This document shows positions 13,701 through 28,700 of a DNA stretch of 64,000 bases, in pieces. Origin of the DNA: Lytechinus pictus (Eukaryota); assembly GCF_037042905.1 (NCBI RefSeq), contig NC_087251.1:8124001-8188000 (forward strand), given 5' to 3'. How positions within the stretch are numbered: the stretch's first letter is position 1; each line of letters begins with the position of its first letter. The position numbers were made by a program, and so were the translations under genes. The notes under the pieces were generated by a model, which saw only the letters and a list, made by a program, of their open reading frames with translations, did no database searches and had not been told where the DNA came from.

Positions 13701-16700
13701 TATCAATTATATTGAGATATGCTTTTATTCATTTTTAGTTTAATTTGTTGTACATTGTTCTTGTATACTGCTTTACAGTCCATGCTATCAGCACTGTACA
13801 TCACTGTCACCATGGACATACTACTATGAGTAGTAGGTCCATGCTGTCACCTATGACATTCATGCAATGTTCCTTCAGGGCTCCCAGTGTCATGTTTATG
13901 GTCCTATATGTTTATGATTGTCATTACATAGTATACCCCATATGAATACCAGAACCAATAATAATCCTGTAACGCAAACAGACGAACTGATCATTACAGA
14001 ACAGACACTGTACTAATCATGAAATTAAAGAACATACAAAAACCCAGTGTAACATGTTTACCAAAGATATATATTCTATCACATATATCACTATAATAAA
14101 TCATCTCTATCGATTTTGCTATACAAATAGATGTCCAAGTAGAATTTTTACAGCCTAGATAGAAGTATGTCACATGACTCAATCCAAATTATGATGGTGA
14201 TACTAGTGACATACTTTGCATGTATACATATTTGGAAATGAAATAAATTAGGATCCCCCATGATTTATTCATAAAATCATATTAAACTGCTTTGACACAA
14301 TATTTTGAAAGCAGTCGGTCTCTCTTACAGATAGAGGAAGAGGTGGTATACTACTAAGCTTATAAATGACTGAAATATAGTATCCCAAGTCTGTTTCCCA
14401 ATTAGAAAGAAATACATCACGTTGCAGTTCAATATTTTAATGCAAATTAATATTTATGTGATTGAAACCATATTTTAGTACAGATTATTTATCTTCCCAT
14501 GATTCAGTTGACATATAAAGTAAAGCAATACTCTATTAAAATAGGACAAATTCAGGGCTCATACTTTGGGATTTCATATTCCAGTAATTAAAAGTCATGT
14601 GTAACTTTAAATACAGCTTTGTGAAACAGCCAAGTAACTTTATATGTTAGAATCAATGTATTTGAAAAAAAATCTTTTTAACATATACTGCCTTTAAGTT
14701 TCCCTTGCTTGTTGGATTTCACCATTAAATAAAAATACTCCAAGCATGGACCTACTGTCTATATACCCCTCCCCAGAGTTATTTATTCTAATAATATTGT
14801 ATATTAAATTAAGTTTTAATCATAACATACCATCTAAAGGGTTAATAAGACCACTGTTGCTCCAGTCAAACTCTGCTTTGGGTACAGTATCCTGCAAAAA
14901 CAAGAGAGAGATAGATTAATTACAAATAATGTATAAACTACATCATGAATACAGTCTCCTATGACTTTTGTTTGCTCGTCAGTAGGCCTTTCCATACATA
15001 TCAGGTTCAAAATTAATAATGAATATTGGACTCTCAATATTTGCAAGATTGTTTTTAGGGTTGCAATATATGAACCTTACCACGATTTTCATGGTGTTTA
15101 TTTTGGAGTTTCTTCTTACATCAATGAGCCCAATGCTTTAATTGTAATTTTTTCCAGCCCTTTTCATGTGAGAAAAAAGAATTATGATAAATTATAATGG
15201 TTCAATTGATTCTGTATATTAACTGGATTGTGTTATAGTTGAGAGTAAAGATGGCAGTCATTTGTTTTGTCTTGACTTACAAGATTACGATACACATTAA
15301 TATGTATTGTACATTATGTAAATATGTAGAATCCCATGAACCACATCAGAGCATATACATGCTGTATGAATTAAGATTGTAAAGAGTGCATTAACACATA
15401 AGTGCATTCTCAAATCAAAGAATAAATTTTACATTCCTTCAGTCTGTTAAGCTGTTACTTTCGCGGTTTATTTTCGCTGATTGCCATGATCGGCCGAGAA
15501 AGCGAAAATATTGGCACATTTCTTAGTCAGTGCCAATGTCCCTAACAGCAAAGCTTTGCCATTGTAAACATCCTGTGTAGTGAGAAAATTGAGATATGCA
15601 TCTCTATATGTACAAAAAATAAGGCTAAGAAAGGACAGTTAGTGATTCAAAAAGTTAGCTAGAATTTCCCTTTTTTTAATTTCTGAAACAAAATCAGAGC
15701 CTAAACTATTTTTAAACATTATTTTATCAATATTTATTCACTCACTGTAATATTAAAATGTATTTTCCATGAAATAATTTGATGTTATTGTCATCTGATT
15801 GACTCTATACACACGTATTTGCAGCTCATTAATATTCATAAGTCACATGACCAGAGCTTTTAGAGGTGAAGATTCTGTTCACCAAATTCCACATTTTTGC
15901 ACTTTTATCAACTTTTTGAAAAAATGAATCGAACAAAACACAAATTCCAAAGATTGCTTAAGCCTATGGATTACAGATCAAACTGTGGCATGATGAATTT
16001 TCAGATCTAAAGGTAAAAAAGTGAAATTTAAGCCACTTTTTCCACAGTTTGTAACTGTTTTTACAGGGACATATTTATGTACAAAATACACATCAGCATA
16101 AAGACTTCGAGGAGATAGATTTGTACATGATTTGCACTAATTTTGCTTCTTTGATATGCTGTGGAAGTGTTTTGCACATCTTCCAATCGCGAATTTAACA
16201 ACCAGCGGACCCCGCGATTCGTGAAAAATTCTGTACGCGAAAATAACAGCTTGTATAGTATAATATGAACTATAATGAGGATGACCTTAGAAAAAAAAAT
16301 GCAAAAAAAATAATGATGAGAAGCCTGTTAAAGTACCCAAATTACTAGTTTGAAATTAGGGTTACATACAACTGATTCATTATAAGTAGATATTCTTGTT
16401 ATCATGGTCATTTTAGTATCAGCGTTCTCCATGTGATCTGTATAGATGAATCCGAGTTCAGATTACTCTAACTCATGGCTTTCAAAAGAAGAATAAAAGC
16501 ACTTTCAATGTATTATGCAATGAACCAGGAGTGTTGCTATGTCAGTGCATACATTATCTCTTGTTAGGTATACTTGAAATCCCCCAGTTAGAAATTACCA
16601 TTGGACACAGTAACCAAGCCGAATTGGTCTATATTGTAATTGGTGAGTCATTTCAAATATCAGTCTAATGGAGGCACATTAAAGACATTATACAAGTAAT

Positions 16701-19700
16701 AATGCTGATATCTGCACCTGCCCTGCCCCCCCCCCCCGATATATTCAAGCCATTTAAAAAAAACCTTCCACACTTAAATCCCACACCAGGACACAACCCC
16801 ATAGACATGGCAATTAATACCCTTAAAATGTCACATATGCATTGCACCTGAGCCAGCAAAAACTGACCTTTCATGCATTTTGTGTGTCTGAACATGTGTA
16901 CAACATGCCTGCCCCTGCTCCCCCTGAACAATAGGATCACCAGTATATTAAAAGAAAGTTACACAATTGAGATATCTTTGCATTCATAAAAGTGGTTCTG
17001 TATAACTTGGTTCTGCAGAATCCATTTGCAAAACACCCTTTATTCATGTTTGCAATTTTCACATACATCAATTCACACCCTACCCCCACAAAAATCACTT
17101 GAACACAACATTTTTATTGTTAATTTAAAATCTACAAAAACTGCTTCAAGGGTGAAAATTGTCTGTTAACATAACTTCAGAGTCTTTGTGAATATAATGA
17201 TATCCTTAAGCAAGACATACATCTTACCTCAGTAACAGAGGAGTTGGTTGATATGCCATCTTCTGCTGCACTGCTGACATCACTAGTGCCACCGAGGGGT
17301 ATCTTGTCAGAGCCCTCACCAGGTTTACTGGGTGTTAACATACCAAGCTCCTGGGCAAACAAAGGACGTCCACCACGCCCTGGGGGTAGCTGGAAAGTGT
17401 GAGATATAGGGTAGGAGGGGTGGAGAAAAACATGTGATAGCTTGCCAACTATCAACTTCTTAATGAAACTTATTCATTTAAAAGATATTGTATTAATACT
17501 ATTATTATACACATGTACACGACGTCACCAGAATTCATTTTCTATTTCTTTTAATTTACTGTTTTAAATTGAGACATATACATGTAGGCCATATTCAAAG
17601 TTCTTAAAGGTGCTGCTTTTCTGCAATTACTGCTTGTGTTAAAAAAAAATTTATTAAAAAAATAATGCCTTCATACAATAACAAAGTCAGCAGATTTGAC
17701 AATGTTTGCATTTGAAATATTACAATATCTTAACAGGTTTGCCTTACTAGCTGAACAGCATAATGGCAGTGCATTTTCTGCTGAAGGATGGCTTATGAAA
17801 ATATATGCACCAAGCTGGTACATTCTGATGTAGTGTACTGATATATAAGCCTCTCAGGTTGATTAGTATTCACATGGAAACATGGCATGTCTGTTGTACC
17901 TGTAGCTTATCCTAGTTTCTCTATCACACAGTGCAATCTACACTAGACACATGTAACTTAAGCTGCAATTCATGGTTTATTCAGGTGTGTAAGTTTAAGA
18001 TATATATGTCCTTCAAAAATATCATATATGTATCTTCATTTTAAGGAATTCACAATTCAAATTCTAGTTTTGATGCATTACATTACAAGAAGACATAACA
18101 AAGAAATAATTTTTAATCTATAGAATGGTTTTATATCTTCAGTAGATAAACATGCATAAAACAAAACCAATATATTTTTTTTCAAAAATCGACAAAATGG
18201 CATTCTTAAACATTCTGGTAAATTGTAATAGAATTAAAATGTGCATTGCTGCAGGGGAAGGTTCAGATGAGTGAAAAAAACATGGCTGCCATTGCACTTC
18301 AATAGACCAGGGTTTCATGTGTGGAGACATAGTGGCTTGAGAGGGGTCAGACTTGGACAAGACAGTTGATAATATGAAGTGATTGTTGTCATTTAGAAAA
18401 CATGTAAATGTAATTTGCCTCTAGATTCAATTTAAATGTATTGTCATCCTAGTGACAAGCATGGCAATATCAATTGCTACAGTATCATCATCGTTTTCGC
18501 TATGTATCCGATGAAGCCCAAATATAAAACTTAAAAATTGATTTTGTACTTGAAATATTCGACTATCGAATAACTTTATCATGATATTATGAAAATAACC
18601 TCAATCTCATACTTTTAACCCTCCTAATTCGTCTTCTTCTGTCTACACACATCTTCTAGGGAGGGAGGGGGGGGGGGGTGAAAACAGTGATATCATTATT
18701 GATGTATAATACTTGTACTTGAATTACTCATCAAAAAATTTTATCAGAATTCTTATTGATTCAATCAAATATTTTGTGAACTTCATACTTATCCGCGGTA
18801 GTGTTGATTATTTTAAAGTCAGAATTTAATTTTGTATATCGTGTATATACATTTGTGTTAGTGTTTATATCTATATAAATTTATAGAATTTTGCTGATTA
18901 TTTTTACTCTACTTATATCATATTACCCTTGTATACAATGTTGATAGGGGGTCCATATCTTACAAGTTTTGCTTTTCAGTAGGCCCCTCCACTTTAATCA
19001 TTTCATTGGTAATGCATCTTTTCATTGTAAAAATGATTTATTATGAAATGTACTTTGAGAATTTGTGGAATATGAATATATCAATAAATGAATAAAATAA
19101 ATAACTAAACAAACTGCTTGAGACATCAATATATTTTGCATTATTCTGTTATATAAACTGAATAATGTTTCAATCATGTTGATCTATTCATAGGACTATT
19201 ATTTATATTAAAAAAAAACACTTCAGTCAGATTCTTGAACATTTTTTCCCATCTCTGCATGGATGAAGACATAGCATCCATGTATACACATAAATACATA
19301 GAGGTAACAGGCATGTCTACACAGTGTATAACATCAATCCTACTCATCTTTTATTCCTCCCAGTACCCAGAGGTAATATAGTTGTTTTTAACTGTCAAGA
19401 TATCTGGACAGAATATCTGATTGATTTATTGGATTCATCTCCATATTTTACCTCCAGCTTGATGTCAAGTGAGATTCACCTGCAGAAAGTACTCTCAAAC
19501 AAGAATATTGAGGCTGATAGAGGGAGGATGCCCGTCATAAACATGGAAATACTCTCATGCATTTTAATATCTGTTATAATTTTCATCAAAGTTAAGATAG
19601 GATCTTAGCAAATAGCATGTGATATTCCAGGGTTCTAAAATTATCAGGGGATTCTAATACCGAATAAAATAACATACTACGAAAATGAGAAATATTATAA

Positions 19701-22700
19701 TCAAAAGATGATAAAAAATTTCTAGGTGGGTGAAGTAATCACAGATAAAATATGACTCAACAATGTTTGGGACAATGATTGTAACTATACAAGCATATTA
19801 AACCAATTCTCTTGATGTTATTTTTTCTGGGTGAGGGAGTTGGGGATTACATTTTTAAAATTTGAATTCATATCTATATTCATAATTAACGTTACTTTGA
19901 GATTTATTTATCAAGAAAGAATAATATTTCAAGTTGCCCCAAGCACACAAATCTCATAAACATTATTTTCAAGAAATATTATGGTTAACTCAACAACACT
20001 ACTGAATTTTATATTGAGAGTGGTAAGATTATAAAATTATATCATATTTGTGCAGGAAAAACAGCAAAACACAGAACTCAATTATCAAAGTGAAAGAACA
20101 GAAAAGTGAAAGTGAGTAAACCAGTGAATAAAATATTGAAAAACCTCTTCATCTACTAATTCTCAAATAAATCATAAAATCATAAAACAACGAACTCTAT
20201 TAAAAACAAAACCACCCTACAGTTGGTATCATAGCAACAGTTACAATGAAAGATCAATGAATCAGTGTATCTTTCAAAAGAATTTAGTAAATTTTAAACA
20301 GCTTCCAATTCATAAATTGTAGCACTTTGTTTCTTGTAATTAATTATTTTTCCTCTGTATATGTAAATTGTATCATTTAACTGAATATATTATCATTAAA
20401 AAAAATCAAATCATCCATAGTACATGTACACATACAATGTGTCTGTATATAACAGCTCAACAATCAACATCACACAATCTTCAAATGTCAATCCAATAGG
20501 AAAATGGAAATTGAATGTCTATTCTACCCAATCATCCATTTCACCACAATCTATCCACAAACTGGGTTACATCTCATTGGAGACTAAGGCAATGGTCCAA
20601 TGTACACTTATTATACAACTCTCAGGGACAATTTGCATTTAATTGTATGCCAAGCATGAAAATTGCCCTTCTCTGCTCTGCTCACAATCATATTCGAATG
20701 TATACTCAGCATAAAGCTATCAGATAATGGATTGAACTTCACCCTGAACTCAAGATTGCCTGAATTCCATCAGGACTGAAGCAGACATACTGATATACTG
20801 TGTCTTTGATTTCCAGTTTACTAAATGTCAAATACATTGTAGAAGTATATAGAGACTCATCAGTGAAGACATATTTTACCATTCAATATGGTTCCATAAC
20901 ATTTGCTCCACCGACAATTGCTCTGCTGTAAATTCCACACACTAATGGAATGACCACCTTCAGTCCGGAATTTAGCACTACCCTATCCTAAATAGTAAAC
21001 CTAACCCTAAACAAACATAAAACCCTATTAAAATTTCCTCTCAAAATAAAATAAATCATACCTGTTCATGTATGCATGTTTTCTTTTCCCACTGGATCTG
21101 AACCTCTTTTAGTGCATACATGTATCTTGGACTCTCTAATGATCCCCTCATTTTTTTTCTGTTTTTAACTTTTTGTCTCATTTACTCTCCTTCTTTCTCT
21201 CCTTCTTTCTCTCTTTTTCTCTCTCTTCCCTTTTCTTCTCATAAAAGTTATCTATTCAGTTCAATAGAGTAGATGAATAATTTTAAGCTGCTGAAAATCA
21301 TCATTAAAAATCATTGAAATTTCAACTTGAAATAGAAAATATTGTAATAATTCAGGTATTGAGGAAAATCACTTTGAAAAACAAAGAATATTCATTTTTT
21401 GACCAAAATTTTATGATGTTGCAGGCCAAGAGAAAAACAAGTCAGTGAGCTGGAAGGTAGAATGTTCACACAAGGTTGCCTTCATGTTCAGTATTTTAAA
21501 AGTTTCATTATAAAAAGGCTGGTAGTGAGCTGTGTAACATCCAGAGACAACAAAACTTGCTATTTACACATGTATCTGTCAAGCGTTATAGGGCTTCCCA
21601 CCCCTGGCAGTGTTGATAAAGCATGTTGACATTTGATCAACAAGAATAATTCATCAAACCTGAAATTGATATTTCATTTTGACTTTCAAGAGCAGGATAC
21701 TGCCTGCATATAGGTATCAATACAAATACTTTTACATGCACAAAACCGGGTAAAGCAAGGTCACAGTGATTCCTTGTTTCTTGTTTATTATCTGACTCTG
21801 AGATTGAGTTCAGTATTATTCTTTCAAATTTCTTTGGTTGGGAGGAACCCAGATTGTCTTCTTGTGTCTTTACCCAGGCTACGCAATAGGTGATTTGAAG
21901 TTCAGTGTTGACCTTTTGGTTTTGGTGTAAGGTCATTTTTTACACGAGTATGACACCAAACATAAATGAAGCTGGTCCTGAAAAGTCACTCACTAGTGTC
22001 GAAGTGTCAATAATGTGATCTTGATCACTAGGTGGTTTCAGACCGCCTCAAACTTCGTCAGTTCCAGGTATTTTCTGATCGGGAAATTTACCCGATCAGG
22101 TAATATTGGCAATGTGAAAGCAAATTGAGCGTAATCTCCCCGAAAGAAAATACCAAGGAGCTGTGTTGGAAGCTCCTTGAAAATACCCACTAAATAGTAG
22201 GTACTTGTCAAAATTACGTGAACTTTTGCTGGGATTTTTCCAAGGTCGCAGGTATTTTGGCAATTTGAAAGCAATTTATGGGAACTTTTAGCCCAGCGTA
22301 TAGTTGGGTGCGGGCGCCGTGGGTGGCTGTTGAGCTACATATTTTGAATCTCGCGCCTTGCCTGCTTATCAGACCATACTGCGCATGCTCGTAACTTCAG
22401 GAATTTATCCTGAAGGGTATGTTTTGGGGTGGTGTGAATGCAGGAATAATTTATGGGTATTTTTTAGCCTTAAAAAGTTCTCGTAATTTAACAGGGATTC
22501 TTATGATCTAGGCGGTTTGAAACCACCTACCTGTAGTTTTACCAACTTAGAATAGGTTCGCAATTCAAATTGTGCTTCGAACACCAACGCCAACACCAGA
22601 CTTGAAATCACCGAATTCACATAGTATGTAAATGTACACATCAATAATCCATATGACATGGAGGTTCTATGACATGTGCTCTGTCGACAATTGCTCAGAT

Positions 22701-25700
22701 AGAAAATCTATATGTTTAAAGTCAAACATAAAACCTAACCTCCGAAACTGAATAAACCCTAATCCTTGTCTTTACATTATTCTGAAATAAAAACTCTATT
22801 AAAATCCCAGCTCTAACTCTATGCCTATTGAGATATCAAGGTTGGAGCAAATGTTGGGTCACCGACATGGAAGCCTCCCCCTAAAAATCCACAATCAGAA
22901 CCCCCCCCCCCACAACAACCACAAACATATTTTTTATCTTTAAGTTTGTTTTTTGCAAGTTGATAATTTTAATAAACATTAATATGTCAAGGCCTCTGAT
23001 AAAAACCTTGCATAATGGCAAAGCATTCAGAGAATTTTGAGTCTTTCACTAGTAAATAATAAACGACCCTGAGATTTTAGAAAAAAAAAGCATAGTCACA
23101 TATCTTGTGTATATAATATAGCATGCATGTAGTTTATCAAAATGTTTTCCGATGATAATGATATGTTTTTTTTCCATTTGCAACTTCATTATTTAATCAG
23201 TCACATTGATCACTCTTCTTGTGTCTACCTAATGCAATGCTGGAATTAAATGTGATACCATGGTGATAATGCTCCATTGAACAACAATTTTCTGCAATTA
23301 TTATGAGCTTGTGGTCTGGACTTCTAGGTGACATAAATTTTAATAAGCAGTAAGTGCTGTGTAATGCTGTCTTGATAGATAAACATACATGTATGGCTAT
23401 GCCAGTATGCTGAATTTAATATAAAAAGCCAAAGAGACCATAACAAAGCATATATCAAATAGCTGAGATGGATAAATGTGGGTAATGACTTTAATAAGAA
23501 TTGAACCAAGCAGCGAATTAATGAAACTGGAGGCAAATCAACACATGTCCTGTCAAATTTTTTCACTATTTTTAACACTGAATGGTACATCCATCACTAC
23601 TGTAAATACTATTACTGATAAAATCTTATTAAGATATGAATATGGTACAGGTAAACTTTAAAGATGTAGGGTGATTCCCAGTTTGGTGTTGATTTTTGGT
23701 GTTACATGTAGTGTTGGGTCAACTTTAAAGTTAAATGCACCATCAACTTAATATTAGACCGCTGCTTGGATAAATCCCAGTATGTCTTTAAAGCTATTAA
23801 TAATTTGATTTGAATCACCTTTTTAACTCACATCAGGCATTGGATCTAGGGAAGGGAAGGTAAAATGATTTGTTTTTTCAACACCAACACTAAACTTGAT
23901 CACACAACAAATGATGTCAAGCTCAGTATTAACTAGTGTTGGTGCTGGGCAAACATAGCACTTAAAATGAATCTGGTCTGGGAATGATGTTACTACATGT
24001 AGGTTTGAAGCCGTTGATAATTAACCAATGTTTGTAACCCCATATGATTATGTTGGTTTGGGCTAGTATAGGCAGTCTGATAAAAGTCTCAACACCTACA
24101 CCAACAGGGCATCAACATAAGCACCGATTAAAAAAATATACTGATGAAAAGTATATATAACGCATACAGAAATAAATTGATTTTTTTCCTAAAAATGTGA
24201 AGAAATCTTACATTAAACAAAACTTTGCATGGTAAAGAGTAATGCATTCACTGGATACAAAAATCTGTGGGAGGTAGAGAAGAAAGTGGGTGGAACTCTG
24301 TCAAAAAGCCAGTGTAGTAAAGGTAATCAGTAAGTAAAATATTAACATGAGAAGGATTTATAAGTAATATTAAGACTAAGAATCATACAACTACATGTAT
24401 GTGCCATATTAGGAGAAGACATCTATTTTACTAGCTGCAGTTCAAGTACTTGAATACAGATTACAGATTATGCCAAAACAGGATTTAAGGACGTTCCACA
24501 GTTAAAGTGAAATCCATGTCATTTTCACCAAACTTTGCACATAGATACTTTAGAACCTGAATAATCGAAATATGCATAAATTAACATGGGTCCATGTGCT
24601 TGATTTTTTGCTATAGAGCTTCAAAGTTCACTCAAATGGATGTTCTCAAGAATTGCGCATTCAAAAGAATTTGGCATTTTTAGACCTCACGAGATGCACT
24701 ACAGTGTGTTTAAACCTGTATTACTCAGTCAAAATCCATGAAAATTTCATCAAATTTCGCAAGAGAGTTAATAATTGTATCTTTAAGATTGGGAATCTAT
24801 TTATAGTGCTATTTGTTGACTGTTTTAAGTCTAACAGCACTATCAGTTCTTAAAAAATAGCGTAAAAGATAACAAAAACCTAATCTTAAAAAATGTGAAG
24901 TTTCAATAACAAATTAGAAAGTGCAATAAATGCTGCACTTTATTAAAAATCCATGTCATTTTAACCAAACTTTGCAAAGTTGTAGAGGAAGGTATACTTA
25001 AGAGGTGCAAACAATGAAAAATAGGGGTTCATGTGCTTGTTTTCAAACTATCAGCACTTTTATTAGAGCAAATGTGCTTTTTAAAACACAAAAAACGCGC
25101 CAAATGCTTTGTATCCATCTGAAGAAAAATTAAAAACCACTCGTCCATTTATTCAAACTCAGGGTCATATTCATCATTCTTTGCAGCACTGCAGAGTAAA
25201 GTATTATGAAATTGTAGAGATACTTTTTAAAAATGGTCCATGGAATAATGCAAATTTTTTAGCTTCATAAAATAACGCATCATATTTGCAGCTAGAGCAG
25301 ATAAGGAGAAATATTAGCTCATACCTACAGCTAATTAATCACATGTTCATCCATTGTGACGTCAGCGCGCAGAGTGTAAAATATGCGCAGATCATAATGC
25401 GCACAAACATAACTGTGGAACGTCCTTAAATTGAGTGGGATTTTTCCCCACATATAGTGTTCTGTTAATATGCATAAGCTCTATATTCAATGAAAAAAAA
25501 AATAGTAATGAAATATTTATCTATTGATTAAATTGTAATTCATGAAATTACCTATTCCAGGTACAGTACGTAATGCCCCCCCCCCCCCCTCTCTCTCTGA
25601 CTCTCTCTTCCTTCCATACTGAAGACATTACTGCTACTTTTCAAATGACAACAATGTTTTAATAGTGCCCCTTACTCTTTATGTGTTTAAGTCATTGTCC

Positions 25701-28700
25701 AAATAAAGAACCCAGAACATTTTATGAGATGGAATGATAGAGCGATAATGCGTTCACTGCTGAAGAAATTTCAAACCATAATTACATTTCTTAATAGTGT
25801 ATTTCACAATTAACTTTGGTTACTTGTTTCCAAGGATCCATTATAATGTACACTGTTATCTTTCTATCTTCTTCTCTCTCCCCTCTCTCTTCCCCAGTCA
25901 ATTTATATTAAAATATTTAACCATCATCATTCTTCATTCTCCAATTCACAATTGGACCCCTATTTTGTTAATAGTGTTACGAATACATTTTCAGACATCC
26001 CTACCCCTACTTTGTTCAACACATGTACTACTTGGCCTTAAAAATACACCCTATTTTCACATTCCAAGTCTATTCCTGTAATTAGAATACACAATTTTTT
26101 TACTTAATACAAAAATATAAACAAAACAAAACAAGAAATTGTGAAATAAGACCAGACAGGGAATAATTTTGCTTTACAAATTTGAATACTATTTTTGGTC
26201 ATAAGAGAAAAGCTCTCAACTAAGTAATGTACAGTCCTGTAGATGTAAACATATGCTATAAAAAGACTTTATGCATAGCAGTCTTTAAAAAATGTGGAGC
26301 AAATTGAGATACCAGGAAAATTATTTTCTAGTAGAAAATAAATCCATCCCCCTTTCCAAAATGTTAACTTAAATTGAAAGCCAAACAACCTATGTGTAAT
26401 TTTGTTATCAAAAATAATAATATTATAAAATATACATTTTATATAATTTGCAGATATCCTAAAACCCCCCAATTTTTTTAAAAAATTTGGAACCATCATG
26501 CAAACAATACATGAGGTCAATAAGAGTGACAACCAAGCTCTCTCCTTTACTTTCTCTCCATCTCACAACATCATCTCACATGGATCTGTCTTTGAATATT
26601 TCATGATGTAATGTAAGCATAATTTTAGATAAATACGGAAGTAAAGATACAAATAAGAATGGAAAAGATTAGAATGCATGTGTAAATTATATTGGAAGTC
26701 AGGGTGGGTTGGATATATGTTTAATCACAGCAAAGACACATAATATGCATATGATATGGTATTCAATTAGGTAAAAAAGTTTGATGAGAAATAATTAGGC
26801 CCGAGTCACCCTGTTTTTTTTTGTGACCGGCAACTGCCAGGGATTTTTTCGATGGAGCCCTGTGGACCGCTAAAATAAAGAAATACATAAGAAATTCAGT
26901 GTCGCCAAAGACTATCAACTAATTTAATGCTATGTTTCATCTAGATCTATATATACAGTATATAATTTTTCACGTGATATTATTATTTCCAAACCTTGCT
27001 CAACCAAGTACTGTTATGAAATAATGGCAAGAAGCATGATTTCTCAATTTTCTTGCTTGAAGTTATCGGCCCGAACATTGTACCTGGTTGGTTTATGTGC
27101 ATAGCCATTTTGTTTTGTTTGTTTGGATTGATCGCGATCACATTTTCACGCTGTTAAGTGTTGATGCCCTCTAGGCTCATAGGTCACAAACAGAACAATA
27201 TATAACAGAATATAAGTCAGACCAATAAATCCAAGTAAGAAAATTGAAAAATCCTGCTTCATACTATTATTCTCATAACGATACTTGGTTGACTATTAAG
27301 GTTTGTAAATAATAGCATCATGTAAAAAATGTTATATATTGTTCTATATAAGGAAATTTAGGCCTTAACTTGGTTGGTAATTCATAGTCTTTAGCAACAC
27401 TCATGGACACTGAATTTCTCATGTATTTCTTTATTTTAGCAGTGCACCAATGTGGATAAATTTGCATCGCCAACGTCAGGCGTGCACTGGTTGGCCGCTC
27501 GGTTCAACTCAAACATCGAAATAATACTTACAATATTTCTTGAATCAATTCCAAGAGACAAGAGAAGCTTTCCGCTATTCTTGGAGTCATTCCAGTGGTA
27601 TTTCTGAGCCATTGTATTCTCCATATCACTGAGTGAAAGCCAAACCATACCATTTGTAGCAGAGCTAATGAAAAGATAAAAATCAAAACCAGTATTTCAT
27701 AATAGATGTATAATAAAATCCATGCATTTGCAGAATTTAAATGATCAATTTTATTAGGTAAAATCATGACTTGAAGTTTTTCTCCTTGATCTCATTCAAA
27801 GATATTCCATTTGCACAATTTAATTGAGGAAAAAAATAAAATTTGAATCTATCAGCCATCAATTTTTGCACTTGTGATAGGAAAAAAACATGCCACATAC
27901 ATGGTGTATAAATCACAATCACCATGTAGTACACACGTAATATTCAATATTTACAATAAAATGAGGACTGTAAAGTATCCTTCAATATGAAAATACATGA
28001 CTGTAAACTAAACACAGTCACCTTCAAATGTCAGATCACAAAATTATTTTCAACCTCCCTGAAGCTGTGGATGGGTTCAAATGAAGCAGTATGGCACACT
28101 GAAGAATTTTTCCAATTTTTTTACTTTCATCTTGCAGAGTATAATATTACTCTTTTGAGTCTTTTCTCCAAGCATCAGGTCACAAGAATAAAAAGGCCAA
28201 CATTCAGTGCATGCATGATGTGCGCCCAATCCCTAAATGGAGATCAATACACTTAATGTATCTTTTTCATGCAATTTCCCCTGGAAAATGGATTCATCTC
28301 TCCACCCTCTAAGAACTCACCAATTCTCAATGTCAAAAATTATGTTTGTCATGGACTAAATAGCACTCAACTCAAGAACCCATTTTCATGGAAGGAGGAC
28401 AGAAAATGAAACTATATAGTAGGGAATGAAACAATTGAAATGCAGCTTATGACAAATATAATGGATTCCCTCCTTTTTGGCCATTTCACTTTAATGGAAC
28501 ATTAATCTTTAAAAAATATAAAAAGAAGGATGGCATGGAGACCTGTTAAGAAAAGAAAAAGAAGAAAGTTCAGAGAACATATTGATGACTAACAATGAAT
28601 TCAAATATCCTGTTTATTGATTTGTCTTTCAACACACAAGACAAGAAACATCTAGAAATTCAATGTTACAAACATTTAATAAAATTAGTAGGATTTGAAA

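Noticed and set aside
20980..21030. cctaaccctaa telomere-like motif
   Set aside because: Only one or two units, within a dispersed repeat that also occurs at ~22670-22865.
21637..21936. 99-aa minus-strand intronic ORF as an extra AFTPH exon
   Set aside because: No convincing splice pair or homology; the flanking exons already join in frame.
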